A stretch of DNA of 64,000 nucleotides, from NCBI GenBank assembly GCA_902790595.1, contig CADASL010000005.1, positions 28,949 to 92,948 on the forward strand. The letters are read 5' to 3'. The notes under the pieces were generated by a model. The model did no database searches and was not told the origin of the DNA. It worked only from the letters and a program-made list of their open reading frames with translations. How positions within the stretch are numbered: position 1 is the first letter of the stretch; the number at the start of each line of letters is the position of its first letter. This DNA is from an uncultured Bacteroidales bacterium. GTDB taxonomy: Bacteria > Bacteroidota > Bacteroidia > Bacteroidales > SZUA-534. This document shows, one piece after another, positions 1-10,186 of the stretch. Both the position numbers and the translations under genes were made by a program.

Positions 1-398
1 AGCACCACAAGCGGCTTTTTGTGGAAACCTAACTGTCCGCCCGAAAGGATTTCGAACATCTCGTCCATTGTGCCGAAACCGCCAGGCAGAACCACAAAAC
101 CGTCCGAAAGGCGTTCCATTGTGGCCTTGCGTTCCTGCATTGTGCTCACGGTGAGCATCTTGGCCAATCCCGACTGCGCCAGTTCGCGGCCAGCCAGAAA
201 TTCAGTGATGACACCCGTCACCTTGCTGCCGCCTGCCATTGCGGCTTCAGCCACGCAGCGCATCAGCCCAACGTTGGCGCCGCCGTAAACCAAATCCAAG
301 CCGCGCGCGGCAAGCAATGCGCCAAATTCAGCGGCAACGCGCTCATATTCAGCGTTTGAGCCACGATTCGACGCACAAAAAACGCAGACGGTTTTCAT
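1..398 (-). CDS. LOG-family (TIGR00730-type, lysine-decarboxylase-like) nucleotide phosphoribohydrolase; 3' end cut by window edge
   Basis: Absent from the ORF track because it runs off the window. Reverse translation from ATG 398-396 gives [64 protein letters not shown]...DGFVVLPGGFGTMDEMFEILS, which contains the GGxxxGLM and PGGxGTxxE motifs. There is a TAATG overlap with the ribBA stop. Confidence 0.8.
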   Translation of the reverse strand, partial: MKTVCVFCASNRGSNAEYERVAAEFGALLAARGLDLVYGGANVGLMRCVAEAAMAGGSKVTGVITEFLAGRELAQSGLAKMLTVSTMQERKATMERLSDGFVVLPGGFGTMDEMFEILSGGQLGFHKKPLVV

Positions 399-1630
399 TA
401 TTTGTTGTTGCAGTGTATCAGCCTGAGAGTGTGTCCCATACGCTCTTTTTTGGTGCGCATATAGAACTCGTTGTACTTGTTCGGTTCAATCTCAATTGGC
501 ACATTCTCAACCACTTCGAGCCCATAGGCTTCAAGTCCGATGCGCTTCACGGGATTGTTGGTCATCAGACGCATCTTGCTCACGCCCAACTCGCGCAGAA
601 TGCTCGCCCCCACCCCATAATCGCGCTCATCAGCGTCAAAACCTAAATGGATGTTGGCGTCAACAGTGTCATAGCCGTGCTCCTGCAACTCGTAGGCTTT
701 AATTTTGGCCATCAGTCCAATGCCTCGGCCTTCCTGATTCATATAGATAATGACGCCTTTTCCTTCTTTATCAATGGTTTGCATTGCCTTGTGCAGTTGC
801 TCACCGCACTCGCAGCGCATCGAGCCGAAAATGTCACCGGTCATACACGATGAGTGCACCCTAACCAAAATCGGTTCGCCACTCTCCCACTCTCCTTTAA
901 TCAAAGCGATGTGTTCTTTGCCGTTCGACTTCTGCATAAACGGAATCAGGCGGAAATCGCCGTAAGCCGTGGGCAGATGCACCTCCGGGCCGCGCTCAAT
1001 AAGCGAGTCCTGTTTCAGCCGGAAGGCAATCAAGTCCTTGATGGTTATTATATTTAGGTTGAACTCTTTAGCAATTTTCTGCAACTGTTCCATCCGGGCC
1101 ATTGTGCCGTCTTCGTTCATAATCTCGATAAGTGCGGCTGCAGGATACAATCCCGCCAATCGTGCCAAATCGACAGCGGCCTCGGTGTGTCCGGCACGAC
1201 GGATAACGCCCTTGTTTTGAGCATAAAGCGGATTGATGTGTCCCGGACGGGCAAAGGTTGACGGCTTTGAATTCGGGTCGGCCAACGCCTTAATGGTTGC
1301 GGCACGATCAGCTGCAGAAACACCTGTGGTACAGCCTTCAATCTTATCGACAGACACCGTGAACGGCGTTCCCAAAATCGACGTGTTGTTATCGACCATA
1401 TGGTTGAGTTCAAGCTCGGCGCAACGGTCGATGGTGATTGGCGCACAAAGCAATCCGCGGCCATTTTTCAGCATAAAATTCACCTTTTCGGGAGTGATTT
1501 TTTCGGCAGCAATCACAAAGTCGCCTTCGTTCTCGCGATCCTCGTCATCGACAACAATCACAAAATCACCATTTTTTATTGCCTGAATGGCTTCGGGTAT
1601 CGTGTTCAGTTTTATATCCGTCTTATCCAT
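398..1630 (-). CDS. ribBA: Bifunctional 3,4-dihydroxy-2-butanone-4-phosphate synthase / GTP cyclohydrolase II
   Basis: The ORF is 398-1675. I start it at the internal ATG 1630 ([39 protein letters not shown]...), the typical RibB N-terminus. The C-terminal half ([24 protein letters not shown]...[12 protein letters not shown]) is the RibA zinc/GTP site. Confidence 0.93.
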   Translation of the reverse strand: MDKTDIKLNTIPEAIQAIKNGDFVIVVDDEDRENEGDFVIAAEKITPEKVNFMLKNGRGLLCAPITIDRCAELELNHMVDNNTSILGTPFTVSVDKIEGCTTGVSAADRAATIKALADPNSKPSTFARPGHINPLYAQNKGVIRRAGHTEAAVDLARLAGLYPAAALIEIMNEDGTMARMEQLQKIAKEFNLNIITIKDLIAFRLKQDSLIERGPEVHLPTAYGDFRLIPFMQKSNGKEHIALIKGEWESGEPILVRVHSSCMTGDIFGSMRCECGEQLHKAMQTIDKEGKGVIIYMNQEGRGIGLMAKIKAYELQEHGYDTVDANIHLGFDADERDYGVGASILRELGVSKMRLMTNNPVKRIGLEAYGLEVVENVPIEIEPNKYNEFYMRTKKERMGHTLRLIHCNNK

Positions 1631-1699
1631 TTTCCCTGTTTTTTCGATGCGCAAAGGTAGGCATTTGTTTGGCAAACTCGCCTTAATCTGTCGGTTTTG

Positions 1700-4351
1700 T
1701 CAGTTACTTTCCTCTTTCAGATTTTCAATTGAGTTGTCAATCCACTCTTGCAAATACGCTTTTTTCAACGTGTTATACCATTTATCGCCGTGAGTGTAAT
1801 CCAAAACCTTCACCTTTGGGTCTGCCGATGGCTGCTCACGAAAATCGCGGCGGGCCAGTTCAATGCCCAACTTCTCCTGACTCTCGCGCGCCCACATCGC
1901 CTCAAAATAACGGCGATTCAGCTCATTGAGCAGCTTGAGCGATTTTTTCAGTTCGTTGCAATCAGCATAATAAATAACCGCTGCGTCAACCAAGCCACTA
2001 TACTGATTTTCAAACACATAATCGTATATCGGCTTATGCCTGATGCCGAATTTGTTGTTGCAGCTGTCGGTGAAAAACTCTGTGGCGGCCACATAGGTCT
2101 CCAGCGCCTGCTTGAACTCTTTTTGCTCAAGCATCGGCTGCACCGAATTAACCATCTGCTGGTAGTGGCAAATATTTTCAATATCGTTGGCACGAAGTTT
2201 TGCAACCGAATCGGTCAGGTTGCACTTGTAGTTGGCCCGGGCAATGCCGGCGGCCTTTTGCAGCACGGTTCGCGCCTTCAGAAACTCCTTTTGCTTGATA
2301 AGTTTCTCGGCGGCTCCGGCCTGCACGTTATAGTCGAACCAAGCCTGACTGCACTCACCCTCGTTGAGTGCGGCCGAAAGCTCGGCCAATGCGTTTTGCA
2401 CCTCTTCAATCTTCGATATTTTCGATTCTTCGGCCACAGCCAACGCCGTCTGATACTGCTGTCCGGCCTTGCCCATCTGCAGCATATTGGCGTATGAAAT
2501 GCCCAAACTGCAAAGATTGATAACGTACATCACTGACGCATCACGGTGCTTGGTGGTCCAGGCTGTGTCGGCCACAATGGGCTGCGACTTGTTGATTGCC
2601 AGCGCCGCGGCATAGAACGCCAACGCCTCGCGCGGTTGCTTGCGGTTCAGCGCGTCATCGCCCTCGCACATCAGGCCGTCGTATTTCTGCTGATAAGCCT
2701 CAACGCGCAACTCATCGGCGAGCGCAATTTTCTTGAGCTCCCAAGTCTGACGGTACGTCTCCGCCTCATCCAGTTGTTCCAGTGCCGAATCGGGATAACC
2801 GTCGTCGAGCGACGATTTTGCCTCAGTCAGCATCTGCATATATTTGTGTGTGCGGCTGTCGAACGCCAGTTTCTCAAGCTCATCGGTACAATTCACAGCT
2901 TTATGCGTGCGGCAGATGTGCGTTGCCTGGTCGAAGGAGAAAAGTGCCTCGTCAGGATTGTCCATCGACACCTTCTTACCGTATGCAATCCAAGCCACAT
3001 ACAACTGGTTCAGCAACTTCGATTCATCGGTGACATCGATGTCAAAGGTCGGATATTCAGCGCGCAAGCTTGCCGCCGAATCGGCAAAAACAGTACTCTG
3101 CCGCAAATCGGCGGCATCATAGAACTCTCTGGCTTGAGCCACCAGTTTGGCGTGGATGGCGCCGTAAAGTTGCGCCGAAAGTTTGTCAAACTCCTCGAAA
3201 CGGCGGATGCCTTTGATTCGCTTGCAGTAGTCCTTGCAAACCGAAAGCATTGCAAATCCGCCATCAACATCCTTATTTTCAATAAAATAACTAACCGAAT
3301 CGATATAAACGTAAATCACTTTTTCGGCAAGCTTGATGGTGCCGTAACGCGTGTCGGAATCGGGATTCATATCGGCAATAATTCTCACGCAAGTGTCGAG
3401 CACCTTCCGATAGAGTTTCCCCTCGAAATCCATCAGCGCAAGCTGATAATGCGGCGGCGCATAATTCGTCTTCGCCCCTATCGACTTGATAAACAAATCC
3501 TCAGCCTTGTCGCCTTTGCCCCAACTGAGCCAGTCCATACCCTTTTTGTAATAGGTCTCCCACATATGCGACAGCGCGTACTCAACCTGTTTTTTGATGT
3601 TGCGGTTAGTCTGCTCCACCGCCCTCACGTGGTCGGTCAAGCCGATGGGGTCGCTGGTGGCAAGGTCAAGCTCGGTGTCGAAATGCCGCGATTTGATATT
3701 GTTGAACACCGCCACATTGTCGATGGTCAGCTGCCGCGATTGCTCAAGCTGCTCAACCGAGTCGGCCTTGACGGCGGCCAGCTCCTGCTCCATCATTTTC
3801 AGATGCGCGTCGGTGTTGAAATAGTCATCGATTAAAGTTACAAACTCATCGGCCTCACGCACACCCGACTTGCTGAAATGCAACCCGGCCTCAACAATCC
3901 GCAGTTTGCAATCGGTTTGCTCATCTTCTGTAAAATAGAAACGCACCATATTTTTGCCCGACTCAAACGGTTCATTTTCAACCGTCCAGCGCTTCAACTC
4001 ACTGCCCTGTTTGGTCAGCAAAACAAACTCAATACTGAATGTGTTGGGCATCAGCACCTTATCAATAGAAAAGCCTTTATACTGATGCGTCGAGCCCATC
4101 TTCACGCTCTTGTTATCGATGGTGATGAGCAACTCTCCGCCAACCCGCGTGAGGCGGCTTGCGAGCTCCATTTTGTAGGTTAGCAGCCTGTCGCCACCGT
4201 CGGGAAAAACTATGTCGAGCAGTGCGTTGTCGGTGCGGTTATCGCCGTTCACATCAACCGACAATGTCTCCGTTTCGTTGAACAATGTGGCTTGCGCCGA
4301 TGCCTGCCAACAAATGGCGGCTAGAATGAGTGTGCTGAATAAACGTTTCAT
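1700..4351 (-). CDS. Large secreted protein, helical (TPR-like?) repeats, function unknown
   Basis: The ORF is 907 aa. The internal ATG at 4351 gives the signal peptide MKRLFSTLILAAICWQASAQ. The rest is a long A/L/E/Y/K-rich helical sequence with no catalytic motif I recognise. Confidence 0.6.
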   Translation of the reverse strand: MKRLFSTLILAAICWQASAQATLFNETETLSVDVNGDNRTDNALLDIVFPDGGDRLLTYKMELASRLTRVGGELLITIDNKSVKMGSTHQYKGFSIDKVLMPNTFSIEFVLLTKQGSELKRWTVENEPFESGKNMVRFYFTEDEQTDCKLRIVEAGLHFSKSGVREADEFVTLIDDYFNTDAHLKMMEQELAAVKADSVEQLEQSRQLTIDNVAVFNNIKSRHFDTELDLATSDPIGLTDHVRAVEQTNRNIKKQVEYALSHMWETYYKKGMDWLSWGKGDKAEDLFIKSIGAKTNYAPPHYQLALMDFEGKLYRKVLDTCVRIIADMNPDSDTRYGTIKLAEKVIYVYIDSVSYFIENKDVDGGFAMLSVCKDYCKRIKGIRRFEEFDKLSAQLYGAIHAKLVAQAREFYDAADLRQSTVFADSAASLRAEYPTFDIDVTDESKLLNQLYVAWIAYGKKVSMDNPDEALFSFDQATHICRTHKAVNCTDELEKLAFDSRTHKYMQMLTEAKSSLDDGYPDSALEQLDEAETYRQTWELKKIALADELRVEAYQQKYDGLMCEGDDALNRKQPREALAFYAAALAINKSQPIVADTAWTTKHRDASVMYVINLCSLGISYANMLQMGKAGQQYQTALAVAEESKISKIEEVQNALAELSAALNEGECSQAWFDYNVQAGAAEKLIKQKEFLKARTVLQKAAGIARANYKCNLTDSVAKLRANDIENICHYQQMVNSVQPMLEQKEFKQALETYVAATEFFTDSCNNKFGIRHKPIYDYVFENQYSGLVDAAVIYYADCNELKKSLKLLNELNRRYFEAMWARESQEKLGIELARRDFREQPSADPKVKVLDYTHGDKWYNTLKKAYLQEWIDNSIENLKEESN

Positions 4352-4637
4352 ATATCGTCCGATTAAATTTCCGCCCGCATTTCCATTCTTGTCAGAATAT
4401 AAAAAAACGCAAGGCTTCGCCATTTATAACAATCTGATTGCCAAACGGTTTTACCTGCTACCAGATGCTAAAAAGCAAGCACAATTTACTTATTTTATCT
4501 ATTGATTTCGGGCTAATTCAATTATGTATTCAACAAGTTGGGTGTTAATAGCTTTTGGGGATTTTTAAAAAGATGAGAAATATGAAATGGGTTAATTATT
4601 CTAAGTGTTTTATGCAATTCAAAGCAATCGCATTCTA

Positions 4638-5759
4638 TTATAATTCAGCAATATACTCCATAAACCCGCGCTTATTCTCCAACGCGGTCGTTGTTGGACG
4701 GCCCAAATCTTCGCGGGCGCCGATTGAGCACTTGACTTCGATAAGGCTTAATTCGCTGGCGTTTTTGGCTGACTGAAGTGCTTTGTCCAACGCTTCAAAC
4801 GAATCAACCGAAACGGCTGACTTGTACCCACAGGCCTTTGCTATGGCAACCAAATCGATTTTGCCTGCCACAGTCGGTTGGCCGCCGACTGTCTCGTGGG
4901 CTGCGTTGTTGATTACAACGTGAACAAGGTTTTTCGGCGCATTAGCCCCGACAACAGCCATCGCTCCCATATGCATCAAAACGGCGCCATCTCCGTCAAT
5001 ACACCAGATTTTGCGGTCGGGCTTGTTGATTGCGACACCCAATGCGATTGACGAGCTGTGGCCCATCGAGCCAACAGTCAGGAAGTCGTATTTGTGGCTT
5101 TGGCCGTTCGCTTCACGGATTTCGAATAACTCGCGGCTTGCCTTGCCCGTTGTCGAAACAATAGGGTTCTCGCCCGAAACGGCAACAATGTGACGGATAA
5201 TTTCCTCGCGAAGCATTGTGTTCTCGTTTTTATACTCGACCTTCCCGTCGTAAGAAAGGCCGCCCTTGCGCACAACAAAAGCCACATCCTTGCCCTGAGC
5301 AAGCAACTCATTAAACCGTTTCATTGAGGCGGCGACTTCCTCATCAGTGGTCTCTTTCCCGATAATAAACGACGCAATGCCCATATCGTCAAGCAGTTTC
5401 ACCGTCACCTCGCCCTGATAAATATGCTGCGGCTCGTCGTGAACGCCAGGCTCGCCGCGCCAACCGATAACAAAAACCACAGGAATCGCATAAACCTTGT
5501 CGTTCAAAAGCGACGCCACGGGATTGATAATGTTTCCCTCGCCCGAATTTTGCATATAAACAACAGGAACCTTGCCCGTAGCAAGGTGATAACCAGCCGC
5601 CAAAGCCGTGCAGTTGCCCTCGTTGGCCGCAATGATATGGTGTTTCGGGTCAATGCCGTATTTGCTCATCAGACAGTTGCACAAAGCCTTCAACTGACTG
5701 TCGGGCACGCCAGTATAAAACTCCGCGCCAATTATATTTAAAAGATTTTCTACTTTCAT
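4638..5759 (-). CDS. aepY: Phosphonopyruvate decarboxylase (ThDP-dependent)
   Basis: 373 aa. The N-terminus FYTGVPDSQLKALCNCL...AANEGNCTALAAGYHLATGK and the C-terminal ThDP motif IDGDGAVLMHMGAMA...NNAAHETVGGQ match the short AepY/Ppd architecture. It sits next to the PEP mutase. Confidence 0.85.
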   Translation of the reverse strand: MKVENLLNIIGAEFYTGVPDSQLKALCNCLMSKYGIDPKHHIIAANEGNCTALAAGYHLATGKVPVVYMQNSGEGNIINPVASLLNDKVYAIPVVFVIGWRGEPGVHDEPQHIYQGEVTVKLLDDMGIASFIIGKETTDEEVAASMKRFNELLAQGKDVAFVVRKGGLSYDGKVEYKNENTMLREEIIRHIVAVSGENPIVSTTGKASRELFEIREANGQSHKYDFLTVGSMGHSSSIALGVAINKPDRKIWCIDGDGAVLMHMGAMAVVGANAPKNLVHVVINNAAHETVGGQPTVAGKIDLVAIAKACGYKSAVSVDSFEALDKALQSAKNASELSLIEVKCSIGAREDLGRPTTTALENKRGFMEYIAEL

Positions 5760-5765
5760 TTTATT

Positions 5766-6881
5766 CTATATCAATATTTTATGATAGAGTATATCGATAG
5801 TGTCCTCATCGAGCTCTACTGGATTGTTTTTTAGCCTCGTCGGATTCACCGATTTTTTCAGCACTTCAAAATCGCCTTCCGATTTGATTTCTGGCTTCTT
5901 CAAATCTAACTGTTTTACAATATTTTGGAATTTCACAGCCGCATCCATCGGGACACTCTCGCCCATCACGTCAGCGATTTCCTTGAAAACCGAATCAAGA
6001 TAATTCTTGCCACGACCATCGATACATTTTTCGGTGTTCTCAATCATAAACGGCCATAACTCACTGACACACAACGCGGCAGCGTGCCCGTGCGCAATTC
6101 CGTATAGCGACGTCAGTTTGTAGCACATAGCGTGCCCCGCCGTAGTCTGAGTTATGTTAATGGCCTTTCCCGCAATGTTGGCGGCCATCAGCATATTCTT
6201 GTTGCCATCGTATTCGTTTTTCAGATACGATTCCATATTATTGAGAATCAATATTATCGCATCTTTCGAAAACTGTTTGCTCTCATCTGTCGAGTTTACC
6301 GACCAGAAAGATTCAACAGCGTGGCAGAAAGCGTCGAGCATCGTTACTTTGCGCTGATAGTCTGGCAAGGTTTCAAGCACCGACGGGTCGAGTAGCACCA
6401 CTTGCGGAATGCAACTGTAATCGGTAACCGACTGTTTTACACCATTATAGTAAATAACCGCAAAACGAGTCGCCTCACTGCCTGTACCCGCCGTTGTTGG
6501 AACCGCGAAAAAAGGAATATCGTTCGGGACGATTTTCTGATTGATATAATCGCTTCCCAAAGGCATTGTCGCATAAAGTTTTATGCACTTTGCCACATCC
6601 ATCGCGCTTCCGCCGCCCACGGCAAGAATCGAATCGCAACCAGAAGATTTGAAAGCATCAACGCCCCTCACAACCGACTCATAATCGGGATTCGGCTGGA
6701 AATCAGAGAAAAAAACAATCTCTATATCGTTCGCCGCGAAGAATTCTGTTATGAACTTCCCAATCGCCAACCGTTTAAATGACGAGCCACAAACGACATT
6801 GATTTTCTTTATGCCGCTTTCAAGGAAACATCTTCCAAATTCAGCGTAACCTTTATCAGGAAAAACTACCGTCTGTTCCAC
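5766..6881 (-). CDS. Iron-containing (group III) alcohol dehydrogenase; candidate phosphonoacetaldehyde reductase
   Basis: 371 aa with the Fe-ADH signatures AVGGGSAMDVAKCIK, PTTAGTGSE and HAMCYKLTSLYGIAHGHA. The start codon is GTG (6881-6879), overlapping the upstream TAG by 1 nt. It lies between the PEP mutase and the decarboxylase. Confidence 0.75.
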   Translation of the reverse strand: MEQTVVFPDKGYAEFGRCFLESGIKKINVVCGSSFKRLAIGKFITEFFAANDIEIVFFSDFQPNPDYESVVRGVDAFKSSGCDSILAVGGGSAMDVAKCIKLYATMPLGSDYINQKIVPNDIPFFAVPTTAGTGSEATRFAVIYYNGVKQSVTDYSCIPQVVLLDPSVLETLPDYQRKVTMLDAFCHAVESFWSVNSTDESKQFSKDAIILILNNMESYLKNEYDGNKNMLMAANIAGKAINITQTTAGHAMCYKLTSLYGIAHGHAAALCVSELWPFMIENTEKCIDGRGKNYLDSVFKEIADVMGESVPMDAAVKFQNIVKQLDLKKPEIKSEGDFEVLKKSVNPTRLKNNPVELDEDTIDILYHKILI

Positions 6882-8179
6882 TATTTTGTTCCTGGAATAA
6901 GTTCAAGAATCTCTTTAACACTCATACACAAATCGTTAGCTTCAAGCGAACGGTGGTGAGTGAGAATCGATTTAGCGGTGTTCACCATTGCTGGATAGGC
7001 CGAACGCAGCATATGGTTTGCATAAATAACCACATTAACGCCCCAACTTGCCAGCTCTTCTTCGGTTATCTGGTTGTAGGTTGTCGGCACCACCACAATT
7101 GGAACCGAAGTGTGCTTCTGACGGAATCGTTGGCAGAATTCCTTTATATCCTCACCCGACTTGTTCTTGCTGTGAATCATAATTCCGTCGGCGCCAGCCT
7201 CAACGTACGCAAAGCAACGCTCAAGCGCATCCTCAACCGATTTGCCAGCGATAAGGCTCTCGCAGCGAGCAATAATCATAAAGTCCTGAGCTATTTGCGC
7301 CCTTTTGCCCGCTCTGATTTTTTCAGAAAAACCTTCAATCGAATCCTGTGTTTGAATTGCATCGGTGCCGAAAAGCGAATTTTTCTTCAACCCCACTTTG
7401 TCCTCAATAATAATTGCCGAAACGCCCAGCCGCTCCAACGTGCGGACGGTGAACACAAAATGCTCGATTTTGCCGCCCGTATCGCCATCAAAAATCACAG
7501 GCTTGGTAGTGCATTCCAATGCATCGTTCAATCCGTGAAGGCGTGTTGTAAGGTCAACGGCCTCAATATCAGGCTTGCCTTTGCTTGTGGAATCGGTAAG
7601 TGAGCTTGCCCACATTCCGTCAAACTCCTCGGTCTTGTTGTTAACCTTGACTTTTGTTTTCTCAATGATAAGACCAGTCAATCCCGAATGGCTTTCCATA
7701 ATGCGGACAATCGGTTTGGCCGCAATCAAACGGCGCAGCATCCGCTGACGGATTTCGGGGGTTGTGCCAATCTCGCGAACTTCGGCATTAAGCGCGGTGG
7801 AAGAAATACCTGGCGTATATGGAATATCAACCACTTTCCCGCCCCATTGGGCGATGCAGTCAATCACTCTTTGACGTGTCTCCTGCTGAACGCCAGTCTT
7901 CCAGTCATCGCCGTGGACCACATAATCAGGCTTGAGTTTTTCAAGATTGGGAACATAGTCCAATGTCGTTTGCGGAACAACTCTTTCGACGCCCTTTATG
8001 TTTGACACGATTTCCGCACGCTGCTCATAAGTCAAGTACGGTAGTCTCTTATAACTTGCGATAGCAGCATCGGTTAAAACACCAACGGTTACCTCACCGA
8101 GTTTCATCGCCTCGTGAATAATGTTCAAGTGCCCGTGATGAATCAGGTCGGCACTCATACCGCAATAGACTGTTTTCAT
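6881..8179 (-). CDS. aepX: Cytidylyltransferase-domain::phosphoenolpyruvate phosphomutase fusion
   Basis: 432 aa. Residues 1-130 form an HxGH nucleotidyltransferase fold ([15 protein letters not shown]...HGDDW). The remainder belongs to the ICL/PEP-mutase family ([10 protein letters not shown]...FDGDTGG...[14 protein letters not shown]). Confidence 0.88.
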   Translation of the reverse strand: MKTVYCGMSADLIHHGHLNIIHEAMKLGEVTVGVLTDAAIASYKRLPYLTYEQRAEIVSNIKGVERVVPQTTLDYVPNLEKLKPDYVVHGDDWKTGVQQETRQRVIDCIAQWGGKVVDIPYTPGISSTALNAEVREIGTTPEIRQRMLRRLIAAKPIVRIMESHSGLTGLIIEKTKVKVNNKTEEFDGMWASSLTDSTSKGKPDIEAVDLTTRLHGLNDALECTTKPVIFDGDTGGKIEHFVFTVRTLERLGVSAIIIEDKVGLKKNSLFGTDAIQTQDSIEGFSEKIRAGKRAQIAQDFMIIARCESLIAGKSVEDALERCFAYVEAGADGIMIHSKNKSGEDIKEFCQRFRQKHTSVPIVVVPTTYNQITEEELASWGVNVVIYANHMLRSAYPAMVNTAKSILTHHRSLEANDLCMSVKEILELIPGTK

Positions 8180-8232
8180 ATCTTATTGATTTTATTCTAT
8201 ATTTTTCTGATTTTATGACAAATACGCCACCA

Positions 8233-10080
8233 TCATCCTTGGGTGACATTTACTTTCTCCGCATTCAAATCATTCTTATACTCCCAAAAAGGCAAGAACG
8301 AAAGGAACGCAAACAGCGGAAAACTGAAATGGCTGCTGCCACTGAACATACTGAAGAACATACAGCAAAGATACATTATAAAAAATATGCCCAACTGCTG
8401 CCGTTTCTTCCAATAGAGCCACAAGCTCATTATCAGGAAGATGATATAAACCACACCGCCAATAATACCCGAATATAGGAACGATGAAATGATTGGATTG
8501 TGCGGGAAATCATGGCGGTCTGGATTACCATAGAATTTCTCACCGTACCACTCTAGATATTTGAATCCTTGACCAAAGATTTTCTGTTTCGTATTATAAC
8601 GTGTCTGCCAAAGCTCAAGGGCGTAGCGCCAACGATTAACTCTTTGTCTTGTTAGATAATTTATTGTATCTTTTGAAAAATATTTATGTATAACACTATC
8701 TGGCAACTGGTCAACATAACGTGGGAGGCCAATAGTATCATCACAAATCATACTGATGTCTTTCACTTCAATGGTTGAACCTGATTGAAGTGAATTCAAG
8801 AAAGTATGCGGATTCATTCTATCTTCCTTAAATTTATATGACACAGTACATCGATTCCACACACTATCAATTGGTTCTATAGTTTGTGGTTGGTCGTGAA
8901 GTTCTAATTGCCACCCAACTAGAAATGGATTCTGCTTACCTTCTATAACCCTATATGTAAAAGAAATTTTATATGTTACATCCTTGTGATATACAATCGG
9001 TCGTCCTTTGTAATGGACCTGCCAATATCCATTCGAGCACCCTCGTGCAACTCTAATCACTCTATTGCCAAACTCGTCTTCAACCAACCCGAATTGAATA
9101 CAATCATGCGGAGACCGATACACGTCCCATGCTTCAACCCCACACGTTTGCAAATCACCATTATAAAACAAATTTGTAGTATCACCCAGTTCTTGTTTGG
9201 TGTAATATTTTCTTTGTTGCTTAAAATCAAACTCATTGTATGATATATCATTATCAACCAACGAGTACATTTTATAATAACGGACCTTTTGGTCGGTTGA
9301 CATATCTGGCGTATAAAAATAATTAGTACCGAACAATGCAAACGCTCCAAATATACATATCACAAAAATTATGGACAAATTAGATAGTAACGAGAATTTA
9401 AAATCGTATCGTTTAAGCATAACCAACAAAGCCATCAATGCCACAACCGAAACATATAGTATGTAAGCCCGTCGAGACATTCCGGCTACTATATTTATAA
9501 CAGCCACAATGTTGACAACAAGATGTTCTGCCTTACTTATCTGATTATTTACAAATAATTTAGCTGACAATATAATCGAAATGATAAAAAATAACGAATA
9601 AAAATTACTATCATTAACTAATGAGAATTTGTCTCCTTCAAAAATTGCGGTAGATAACAAAAAAGGAATTCCGACAATTGATAACGCAAAGCGCACAACG
9701 GCAAGACAACCTGCAAACATTGTCAACCGCACTATCCATTTCAAAAACGCATCACATTTGTCATCAGCATAATACAGTTTTGAGGAAACGACGAAATACA
9801 CTATCAGTGCAATGTTCATGCTTTCTTTCACAACATTACTTAATAATGAAAAATGAGCCAAAAAGAATAACAATACCAATGCCGGCAGAAACAACTTTTT
9901 TAAAATAGGCCATTCAAAACCTCGTCTAAACAATACATAGACCGAATACAAAAGACACGGGGCCAATACAACAAAAAACAAGTATCTGTAACCGATGAAT
10001 AATGTACGGGCAAAAAATAATGCCAAACAAAGTGGCATTATTTTTTCAATATGTTTTAAAATATTCAGAAAAGACAACAT
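8233..10080 (-). CDS. Polytopic membrane protein with O-antigen polymerase/ligase (Wzy_C-like) signature and an inserted soluble domain
   Basis: 615 aa. About 8 N-terminal TM helices are followed by a ~200-aa hydrophilic beta-rich segment (YNGDLQTCGVEAWDVYRSP...IEVKDISMICDD). Next comes RHDFPHNPIISSFLYSGIIGGVVY, which resembles the H-N-x(n)-E/G-x-G Wzy_C loop, and then more TM helices. Confidence 0.5.
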   Translation of the reverse strand: MLSFLNILKHIEKIMPLCLALFFARTLFIGYRYLFFVVLAPCLLYSVYVLFRRGFEWPILKKLFLPALVLLFFLAHFSLLSNVVKESMNIALIVYFVVSSKLYYADDKCDAFLKWIVRLTMFAGCLAVVRFALSIVGIPFLLSTAIFEGDKFSLVNDSNFYSLFFIISIILSAKLFVNNQISKAEHLVVNIVAVINIVAGMSRRAYILYVSVVALMALLVMLKRYDFKFSLLSNLSIIFVICIFGAFALFGTNYFYTPDMSTDQKVRYYKMYSLVDNDISYNEFDFKQQRKYYTKQELGDTTNLFYNGDLQTCGVEAWDVYRSPHDCIQFGLVEDEFGNRVIRVARGCSNGYWQVHYKGRPIVYHKDVTYKISFTYRVIEGKQNPFLVGWQLELHDQPQTIEPIDSVWNRCTVSYKFKEDRMNPHTFLNSLQSGSTIEVKDISMICDDTIGLPRYVDQLPDSVIHKYFSKDTINYLTRQRVNRWRYALELWQTRYNTKQKIFGQGFKYLEWYGEKFYGNPDRHDFPHNPIISSFLYSGIIGGVVYIIFLIMSLWLYWKKRQQLGIFFIMYLCCMFFSMFSGSSHFSFPLFAFLSFLPFWEYKNDLNAEKVNVTQG

Positions 10081-10186
10081 TGGGCAAAAAGATGCAATAT
10101 AGTCACCAAACTTATTGGTTCAAATATACAAAAACTCACTTAATAAGTTCTTTACAATAGATAAGTACAAGTCCTCGACACACAAA

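Noticed and set aside
1631-1699. Possible FMN riboswitch upstream of ribBA
   Set aside because: Only ~70 nt separate the ribBA start from the stop of the preceding gene. That is too short for an RFN element, and none of its conserved stems is visible.
2546-3835. 429-aa plus-strand ORF (also 1748-2497, 249 aa) inside the 907-aa gene region
   Set aside because: It lies fully antisense to a longer ORF that has a proper signal peptide. The translation is R/L/V/G/H-rich low-information sequence, typical of shadow frames in GC-balanced DNA.
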